DNA from: Eledone cirrhosa
Taxonomy: Eukaryota
Direction of reading: 5' to 3'
DNA: 64,000 nucleotides
Assembly: GCA_964016885.1 (NCBI GenBank)
Contig: OZ024746.1
Span: 10,850,001 to 10,914,000, forward strand
Position 1 is the first letter of the stretch. Each line of letters begins with the position of its first letter. Made by a program: the position numbers and the translations under genes. The notes beneath the pieces were generated by a model. It did not search any database. It saw only the letters and a program-made list of their open reading frames with translations, and was not told the origin of the DNA. Positions 54,635 to 64,000 of this stretch are shown piece after piece.

Positions 54635-55189
54635 CGTACGTACATACATAAATACATACATGGTGACTGCCAACTCGTTATCGAGTACGGCCACTACTTT
54701 ATATCCATGTAGGAGAACCCCTACCGATGTGCTGAACGAGTGTGACCTTTTAGTCCAGCCAGCGACTTGAAAACTCTGGTACAAACACTACACTTGTGAT
54801 AATTATTGACACATAGTGCTGGGCCCATGGTACCATGTGACGACAAGTGCAGAGAGATCTCTAGATATAAAGCAATGCCTGTGCCGTGAAGCTTTTATAG
54901 TGAGCAAAGGCACTGCACAAAGCCAGTCCCACTCTCTTAACCAAGATGATATTTACCAAAAAGAAGAACAAGTCATCATCATTGGATACCATCAGAGTTG
55001 CAGGTGTTATATCAGAGTTTTCCTTCTCCTAGAATTCTGCCCTAGCAAAGGCTAAGGGGTCATCTCTCCCGGTGATTTTGGATGGCCATTGACTCTTAAG
55101 AGCTCCTTTGCCCTTTGACAGGTTTTGTTTTTAGTCCTGCAGGATGTCCAAAGTCACCCTCCTCACCAAGAAACCTTAAATTAAATTTC

Positions 55190-55654
55190 TACTACTACTA
55201 TTCTATCAACTTGACCTCTTACTACTTTTCTATTGGTCAATTCAAAACCTGTTCCCAAACAGACCTATTATATTAAATCTTTGTTGGTTTTTTTCAATAA
55301 ACAAATCTCATCCTTTCTGAAGACAGCATATATATGTGAAGGTATGTATATTTCCTCTGATAGTTTGTAATATTTTTACATAGATCTATATGATATATAT
55401 ACCAACACACATATATATCCTAGAAACGATCGTAAAATGATGAACTTTTTAATATAAGGAACTTGTTCTTTGTTTTTATTCATTGTTTTTTGAAAAATTT
55501 ATCTGTTTTCCTATGATTTTCATCGAAATTTATCTGTTTTCCTATGATTTTCATCGAAAACCTTTGAATGCATCTTCTCTTTTCATGATATTTGGATTAC
55601 ATTGAGTTCTTCATACGGATTGGATACTACCGTATATTTTGGTAGATTTATCTA

Positions 55655-55656
<2 letters not shown>
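55190..55656 (+). mobile_element. pLTR fragment related to the 6064-14166 PLE
   Basis: 55541-55654 is similar to the reverse complement of 6066-6185; shares the long-stem hammerhead; 31-bp internal tandem duplication; ends in (TA)n. Left boundary approximate. Confidence 0.8.
55308..55443 (+). ncRNA. Long-stem-II type I hammerhead
   Basis: tcatccttt CTGAAGA cagcatatatatgtg...cacatatatatccta GAAA cgatcg TA aaatgatga. Confidence 0.72.
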
Positions 55657-55703
<47 letters not shown>

Positions 55704-58039
55704 CACAAATATATATATAATGTGTGCGCGTATAAAAGGCATAACAATAATTGTAATTTATTCCTGTTCTTGTTTTTATTTTTAAGGAATTAGTGAGAAA
55801 GAAGTATTTGAATACCTGATCAAGAAATTGTCTACTTCTACCTTAGCTGCTTCGCAATTTCATCACTGTATATAAAGGGCTGTACTATGCTTTAGGAATC
55901 ACAAAAACACCCTCGTATATGGATAAGAATGAATAAAATAATAAAAAAATGAACCTGTTTATCTCCTTTATCATGTGAAGTGAAATGTTGAGGTGATAAA
56001 TGAGATAAACTGTTTCCTATGAAACGTATCTATGCATGAAGTCATAGAAACCTGGAACACCGAAATAATAGGGTAGAGTTTACATGTCTTCTTCATAGCT
56101 GATTTCTTCATCTCTCATGCAACTCTTGCAACACGGGAGATGCACCAAATCAAATATATATGATTCATTTCACGAAAGCGTTCTGGCTAAGCATCCAATG
56201 AAAAGAGCTGGTAATGTTATTCTCAGCATTACAGTCATCTAATTAACTAAGGTTAGTGAGGTTGTTTTACCTATGGTAGAAAGATCTGAACCAATGCGAC
56301 TAATGAAACATTCATAGATCATACAGTATCTCCAGCATCTTATATTTATGTGTAAATGATTAAAATGGAAAAGAAACCTTCATGCAATACGTACATACAT
56401 ACATACATACATACATACATACATACATACATACATACATACATACATACATTTGTGTGCGTATGTATGCATATATGTATGTGTGTGTATATCACATAGA
56501 GAAATCACATATAGAATTATATACATCATAAGAAAAAGAACACATGGAAAGTTTTTGAATTTAAAGACTATTCGCTGTAGGAATCGAATTTCTGAGTTAT
56601 AATTTTATTTCACGAATTTTTAAAACGTTTAGATATGTTTTTGTTCCCTAACTTCAATTTCAAATTATTTTTCACAAACTTTTTTTCGTCCAAGCTATAT
56701 TGGACAAAATATATATTATTTTCATCGCTTTATTTATTGCAATTGAATTAGATTTCTGGCTATTATAGTTGTCATAGATCCCAATAAAATATGTAGAACA
56801 AGAAAGTAAACATTATTTTACTCCATTCATAACTTCGGGGCCATCTAAAAAAATATAAAAGAGAAAAGAATTTGACATTTCATTAGATTTCACACATAGA
56901 AAAGCTTATGAAAATCAAGATGGAAAATCAGGAAGTTGGTAGTTAGAAAAATGGGTTGTATAAAGAATGTAAGAATATCACAAAACTATAACTGTTAACA
57001 GAAAGTAGAGCAACACTTAATATTGAAGAAGTTCATAGTAACAACGAAAGGAACGTAGTGAGAGTTATGAATTAGAAAGTCCCTGATTTTGACATGTGGC
57101 TTCTGTCCGAAACTCCTATTTATCGAAAACAAAACATTATCTTTAAACAGCAAAGAACTACTTTTCAAAACATCTCCTCAAAATCATGATTTTACCACCC
57201 ACCATATAGCTTCCATAGTTGCCTAGGTATCTTAGCTGAACAACTTGGTGATGGTTACTCACAACCAAGAGGTAGATGTGGAGTTGATGGAATAAGACTG
57301 ACGAGACATTTCAATATCAAAATATCGGAAATATATTTTTTATCAATAGTGTATTTGCAGGATGTTACAATGAAACAATTGCCTCATCTTCTAAGCTCAA
57401 TAACGTTATAGATTACTTAAGGCAAACTTGCAATATGCAATGACATTTTATTACTCGTGAAAATATATTATTTCAAAATCAGACTTAGTTTTTGACAGGA
57501 CTGTTTCAGAAAAATTTCAAAATATACGGCACATGAATGAAGAAACAAATGAACGCAATACAGTTTGAAAACCTGATAGTGTTTAGATCTACGATTATTG
57601 TAGAGGCTTGCTCACAGTTTTATTAAAAGGATAAATATAATGACAAGATAGCAAGATTGCTCTGTCAATAATATTACATATTTAATTTGATTTATGAATA
57701 CATTTTATATTTCTAATAATCTTTTAAAAATTCGTAAAATTTTAAATCATTCCAGTTCATTTACAAAGATAATTTATTTTTTATTTTTTGTGTGTTTCAA
57801 TATATTTAAGTCCATCTCTAGTTATCTATCTGGTTATTTGTTACTACCACCACCTACATCATCATTATCTGGTTATTTGCTACTACCACATCATCATCAA
57901 CACTGAATTCAACAATAAAAGTGAAAGCGAAACTGGGAGCACTCACAACAAAGCCAACACCACAACTGCCATCACCACAATTATCACCATAACCTGCTGT
58001 TCAAATACAGACGAAAGCATGGACTCACCACTAACACTG

Positions 58040-58500
58040 CAAGCATAAAGAATTACATTACCATTTCCTTTGCCACCATGCCTGCAACAAACATTGGAAA
58101 CAGCAATGCCACCGTCAATACCAACATGAACAAAGGAGAATTTGCACTGTCTTTGGCTATTTTGGGGCAGGTTCTGTGGAAGACAGAATGAACCCCTACA
58201 AATGTATAGAAACAAAATCCAAGAAGATAGAACGAGCGGACATGATCAAATTTAAAGATGTCTCAGAAAATTCTGGTACATCTAAAACTACAAAATTAGG
58301 GTTAAAGGATTTACCACGATAGAGGTGAAGTTCTCCATCAAAACTGAGACCAAGATGCACTCAGACACTAGATTACAATAGAGCTCGTATCTAAACAGAT
58401 AGATTCTTGAAGCTATCCCCGACCTTATTAACTTGCCAGATAACACACAAATGCTTGTAGCTATAAAGAGCAGAAGACCAAGTCGCAAATATGGGTGTCA
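58040..58500 (+). pseudogene. Possible decayed LINE ORF1 remnant
   Basis: Broken frames give ITISFAT and EAIPDLINLPDNTQMLVAIKSRRPSRKYG, resembling the segment before the zinc knuckle of Tx1/L1-type ORF1. Confidence 0.3.
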
Positions 58501-58941
58501 ATACTCGTTTGAAGTCTTTCTGTTCATGAAATGAGGCAGTAGGGGTGCTAAAACACTTCTACCAACCTCTAACATACTGCACCATCTAGAACAGTAAAGA
58601 ACAACAGCAATAATAGCTTATGAAAGATAAAAGAAACAAGACCTTAATGCAGATATAACAAGGACAGTACTGTAGGATGAAAGCTCCTGGTGATCTGAGA
58701 AGGTGGACTGCTCTGTATTCTTGAATCAAGTCACTAATATCATCGTAATATGCAGTAATATCACAATATCTTTTTCTTCCATTTGTAAATCTAAGAATAG
58801 TTATAAAGACTATATACCGGAAGTGCAACTTTGAAAAGAAGTCAATTTTAAATGATTTATTTTTACGAAATTTACGAAATTACTTTTGTTTACGAAATTG
58901 AGTATATAAATTATGTAATATTCATTCATTATTGATTCAAA

Positions 58942-59133
58942 GGGCGGTGGATTGGCAGTATCGGTAGAGGGTCGGACGCCATGCTTGGTAGCATAGAGTT
59001 ACGTCCCTTGCCATTCTGAGTTCAAATCCCGTCGAGGTTAACTTTGCCTTTCATCCTTACGGGGTCGATAAAATATAGTACCAGTAATACACTGGGTTAT
59101 TTGCTGGCCTTGTGCCAAAAGTAGAAACAATTA
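58942..59133 (+). mobile_element. Full-length tRNA-derived SINE
   Basis: Close match to 45094-45287. Confidence 0.92.
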
Positions 59134-60501
59134 TTTATTCAAAGTAATCCAACTTATTTCACTAACGGGATAAAAAAAACCGTACGCAGTCCCGCAGACC
59201 TTCCTTTATTATAGTTTAGATATAGATAGAGAGAAAACAATTATGTATCTGTTTATTTTTTCTCTGATAGATAAATAGATTAATAGATCAATAGATAAAT
59301 AGATCAATAGATCAATAGATTGTTGAATTGATTGATTGGATGATTGATTGATTAGATGATTGATTAATGAATTGATTAATGAATTGATTGACTGATAGGC
59401 TTATAGAAATACAGATCAATTTATTGGTTGGTAAAGAGAGAAAGATGAGATTGCAGTAGTTACGTTGATAGAGAAATAAGAGAAGAAAGTAAAGAAAGAA
59501 AAACTAAGGAAAGAAAAGAGAAAGACTGACTAAAATAAGAAGAGAAAAAGAAGGAAGAAAGAGGTTAAGTAACAACAGTAATTTTCTGAATTCTTGACAT
59601 GTTTAGACACAAAAAAGCTGGGTAGATATATTAGACTACCATATCTTAATTCCACTCTAAACATTTAGTTGTTTGATTGGTAAGCTTGGAGGGGGGAGTT
59701 GGGGTGAACCCAATTCAATGCATTTTCATTAACGTAGCTCTCGTACAGGTAGGTCATATGACTTTAACCACTGTTTCTTAAATACCAACAGACCCCAGGG
59801 AAAATGTATTAATATTTGCATTCAGTAGGAGGTTACAAACATAAGATTGTTTATAAGCATCTCGAATTAAAATAGTAAAATCAGTAACATGTTACTCATT
59901 CAATTGACAAACCGCTAAAATAGGTTTCATCATACTCATTATGTTGATGAATATATTGAGAATAACCTGCGATCGAACGACACAAATAAAATAATACTAA
60001 GTAGTAGAACCAAATAACATAGCAAAACTATTATCAGTTAGTCAGGATAAAGATGGCGGAGAAGTAGTCTGTAGGAGTAACGGATAAGAGAAGACATTAA
60101 CAAATTCAATTTTATATTCAAGTTGAAATAACACTATTATGATGCATATTGTGTTAGTAATGGCGAATTAAATAGAAATGCCAAGAATAGCAATGTTGCA
60201 ACATACTGCAATATCATCACCACCAACGCTAGCAAATCTACCATTACTTTATATAGCAGTAGTAGTGACACAAACAATATTATTACCACCAACAACGGCA
60301 TTAAAACGCTGATGACAATTTCGTCGTTGCCGCTACATGAATATATATATATGTCTCTACTTATATTTAATCATAACACACACAAAGATATAATATTTAT
60401 ACATATTTATAAATCATACAAGCTTATAACTACAAAAACATATTCACTTGTGTAACGAAGTGCATTTACTTATGTCTGATGGCTTGCCTATGTATGTGTG
60501 A

Positions 60502-60546
<45 letters not shown>

Positions 60547-60628
60547 ATTATATATATACATATATATATATGTATATATATATATATACATATGTGTTTG
60601 TGTATGTATATATATATATAAATGTACA

Positions 60629-60796
60629 AGTGGCTGAGCATTTTGCAGACAAGCGTACCTTTAACTTAATTCTCAGGGAGATTCAGCCTGACACGGAATG
60701 TGACAATGTTGGCCCTTTGAATCGCATATACAATTCATTATTGCCAGTTGAGTGGATTGGAACAACATGAAATAAAGTGTCTTGCTCAAGGACACA
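60629..60796 (-). mobile_element. Second SINE family, central/3' part
   Basis: tgaaataaagtgtcttgctcaagga is the reverse complement of the segment at ~5759-5783. Confidence 0.7.
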
Positions 60797-60859
60797 GAAA
60801 CAGATCCTATAAAATTCAAAGTTCCCTGGATATTTCTCTCCACGAAATTCTGGATAAAC

Positions 60860-61130
60860 CTTCTACACCCGGCTATGTCTCCAGAAACAATAATTGGTCC
60901 AAGATAGGCTACTTTTCTTATCTATAATACTATCACTGAAGCTTTTTGGCAACATAGCCATGTATGATGTTTTGCTGATAAGCATGCAGTTTTTCATCCA
61001 TAGATTCATTGCAGTACTGTTGTGTAATTTCCCTGTGTGTGAGATCTTGGTTATCATGCAGGGAATATTTCTCAAGGATCAATCCCAACTCTCAAGATAT
61101 TATATGCCTCATGTAGACAGAATTGTTCTA
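60860..61130 (-). mobile_element. Decayed RLE-type LINE fragment (R4/Dong-like)
   Basis: Broken frames EKLHAYQQNIIHGYVAK and IDKKSSLSWT resemble the K.LHG...ID...S..W region after the RT. Confidence 0.45.
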
Positions 61131-61714
61131 TAGATGGGCTTCTACGCTGGGTGGTTCGTAGAAGCTATCGGTTTAGGATGCGACACTCTACTTGTGTGGC
61201 ATATATAGTAGATAGACGTACATAAAGCTAGGCAATACAATCGAAGCAGGACACGCAATGACTCTACAAATAGCACATGCTATAAATTCGGTCTACATGA
61301 ATGAAAGGATATATCATGCGGAACAGTTTTGAATATTTACCACATGTTACCTTACGGGAAATATAAATGTTTCCGTGACTCTGATCGTAATTAGCTACCG
61401 CGGAACAAAATGGAGTTACTCGTTGGGTTACACAAGATATAACTGTTGCTGATATCTAGAGTGGGTGATATACAAATCGACCAGCAACGGATAAAGGAAC
61501 TAAGCAGTCTCTTTATCTAAAACGGAAAAATAATAAATAGTAAACTGAGGTATTTAGAAATACTTGGGGATTTAATTTTGCCACTACGGTATCTAATTTA
61601 CAGATATCGGCATATACAGATCTATCATAGTCTTTCGAAATGTACGTATATATATATATATATATATATATTCATACACACACAGACACACAGACACAGA
61701 CGCCCCCCCCCCCC

Positions 61715-61761
<47 letters not shown>

Positions 61762-62149
61762 TATATATATAGTCGAATGCATGTATGTACATGTGTGTAT
61801 CCATGAAAGCTATGCCACAATTAGCCTTTAAGAAAGAGTCCAAATGTGTGTCCGTGGTGATGGCATTGGTTGTTCAGGATGGTTAGGGAGAAAAAGATAA
61901 TGATAGCGAGATTAATATAGAATTTACAGAAACATTGTTTGTGCTCCACGTATCTTTTATCTACGGGAACATTTAATAACACGAATAAACGTGACTAAAT
62001 GTCCATCTGAGATAATGTTGTGATATTGGGAATATACTGAAGGTATTTGCATTGTTAACTGAAATGCTATTGAAAAAATAATAAGAAAAAAATAATAGTA
62101 AGTAGGCTTCAACCAAATAACGTATATGGTTCGTAAAAGTATATTAACA

Positions 62150-62205
<56 letters not shown>

Positions 62206-62234
62206 AATGATAATAATAATAATAAAAACAATTT

Positions 62235-62778
62235 ACCACATTCTGAGAAGTGGTATGAGCATAAGCCAGAGTCGGTGATAGAAAACGATCAGGTGAAGGT
62301 GCTGTGGGATTTTAGGATACAGACGGACAAGAAACTGGAACACAATAGACCTGACCTGGTGGTTTTGGACAAGGAAAAAAGATCGTGCCTGATTGTGGAT
62401 GTGGCCTGCCGATTCGACACGAGAGTGCAAGAGAAGGAGAGGGAGAAAATTAACCGATACCAGGACTTAAAGTGGGAGGTAAAAAGGATTTGGAACTGCC
62501 ATGAGGTCAAAGTGGTCCCAATTGTCAGAGGAGCACTAGGTACTATCTCAAAGAGTTTCCAAGGATGGTTAAAGAAAATTGGTCCCGCCCCGCTTTTTGG
62601 AACACTTCAAAAGGCATGCTTGCTGGGAACAGCAAGAACCCTCCGATACGTCCTGAATATCTGAGGCTGCAGGTAGTGGCTTGATATTCATTTCAACAAA
62701 CTTTCCAGTTAAATAAAATCAATGACTGAGACTCAAAGAACAATAATAATAATAATTATGATAATGATAATAATAATG
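62235..62778 (+). mobile_element. R4/Dong-clade LINE 3' end (restriction-like endonuclease)
   Basis: KWYEHKPESVIEND..VLWDFRIQTDKKLEHNRPDLVVLDK...IVDVA...EK...YQDL...VVPIVRGALG...LQKACLLGTARTLRYVL*; (TAA)-rich tail; sits in a (GAT/AAT)n tract. Confidence 0.92.
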
Positions 62779-62868
62779 AATTCGTTCTTTTATTTGCCAC
62801 AATGCCCACTAATACATATAATAAAATGTATAGAAAGGTATTATAAAACGTGGAGAAGAACTAAACAA

Positions 62869-63383
62869 TCTATATATATAAAACTGTGGTTGTCTGTCTG
62901 TCTATCGATTTTCGGCACACATCTCCTCTTAGAATCTCTCACGGAATTGCACCGAAATTGCTATACTTGTACATTGAGCCCTAGCGAAGACATCGGAAAA
63001 AAAAATTTCAAATTGACCCGCCCTATGTGAAGAAATCGAATATAATGTATCGATTTTTGAGCGTAAGTTATCAGTTATTTCCCTTTGTTCTGTTTACATT
63101 GAGCGTCTTACGTAAAAAATTACGCTGGCTTTCTCAGTCTTTGTTAATAAATAACCAGTGCAGTTTTTATCCCCAGCATCCTCTTTTGTTATAACATTCG
63201 GGTTATCGTTATGTTTTCTTAACTTCATAAGGCATATTGTTGGTTGAGGGAATATTAATCAAAAACACCACATGCAAGTCTGCACAGTAGACACTACAGT
63301 TTTTAAGCCAAGAAAGAAACTTAACATTGTAACTTTAACACAGCTACTGAGCGACCCCGAGCAACGCCGGGCTTTACTGCTAG
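62869..63383 (+). mobile_element. Non-autonomous Helitron
   Basis: a|TCtatatatataaaa 5' end, (tgtc)n, subterminal hairpin cccgagcaacgccggg, CTAG|t 3' end. Confidence 0.85.
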
Positions 63384-63679
63384 TGTTATATAAAAATGAG
63401 AAAAGTGGAAAAGGCGTTACGTAATATATTAAGACATGTAATAAAAGAAGATAATTTAAAGAATATAAGCCAGACCAAAGCTTCTTTATACAGTTCTCGT
63501 GGGTGTATATCATGTGGTGTTGTGTGATTGTCAGAACTCGCATGCCCAGTGAGAGCCCGCCTGATAAATTCAGCCACACCATCTGTTTGATATTGCAAGT
63601 CTGGAAGAGGCTTTATTTCCTGTGTCTATGCTTGGTACTCTAGCTTGCGTTATATGTATCCATGAAAACAACAGTGAGG

Positions 63680-63932
63680 TTTATTTACAATAGTTTATAA
63701 CTTTGTAAATAAACTTCACTATCGTTTATAACTTTGCCTATTAATCCGTATGGTGAGCAATTGGGGTCCCATGTGCTGGCCTCCCCACAGCTCCGATGAA
63801 CAGGATGGAGAAGGCGTTTCCCCGGAGGATGGTAAGGGAGATTCGCTGGAAGAGCCATTCCAACTCGCGAGGCTCACACCTGCGGCTGGTCAGCTCAGCG
63901 CCTATGGTGGTGAATAGAGAGGTAACCCTACT
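63680..63932 (-). mobile_element. CRE-like non-LTR retrotransposon 3' fragment
   Basis: Minus strand translates SLFTTIGAELTSRRCEPRELEWLFQRISLTILRGNAFSIL...*, matching the C-terminal QRIS..I.RGNA motif; aataaa downstream. Confidence 0.75.
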
Positions 63933-64000
63933 GAGATGAAGACTCTTTCTCCGTTAAGTTTCTGTTTATGTGAATTAATATTAATACGCTGAATAAATAA

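Noticed and set aside
54660-55170. Possible old retroelement UTR
   Set aside because: Higher-GC repeat-like stretch, but no ORF motif, TIR or second copy in the window to support a call.
57943-58828. Hydrophobic minus-strand ORFs suggesting a membrane protein
   Set aside because: Antisense of A/C-rich low-complexity and possible LINE ORF1-like sequence; no coherent frame or splice structure.
63790-63830. ccgatgaa resembling the C4 hammerhead core
   Set aside because: No downstream GAAA or stems; explained as the antisense of CRE-like coding sequence.

Overview
AT-rich, microsatellite-dense eukaryotic genomic DNA. It is most likely a coleoid cephalopod such as octopus, inferred from the SINE families and repeat landscape. 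Nearly all supplied ORFs are translations of (TA)n/(CA)n tracts. One real host gene is present: a + strand spliced S1 serine protease with five coding exons at 24209-35478, an intact His/Asp/Ser triad and Ser189 (chymotrypsin-like pocket); its signal-peptide exon was not found. The rest is mobile DNA: Penelope-like retroelements (PLEs) of Naiad-like GIY-YIG type, tRNA-derived SINEs, 3' fragments of Tx1/L1, R4/Dong and CRE LINEs, a Helitron, and piggyBac and Tc1/mariner MITEs. The main hidden signal, found by manual folding, is 16 type I hammerhead ribozyme motifs plus several partial ones in 64 kb. They lie in cassettes mostly bounded by (TA)n and often inside fold-back inverted repeats. They show recurrent core variants (U3-A8 swap, C4, mismatched 10.1-11.1, stem II up to about 115 nt) and family-specific palindromic stem III sequences. 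All structure and family calls are by eye; no searches or folding programs were run.
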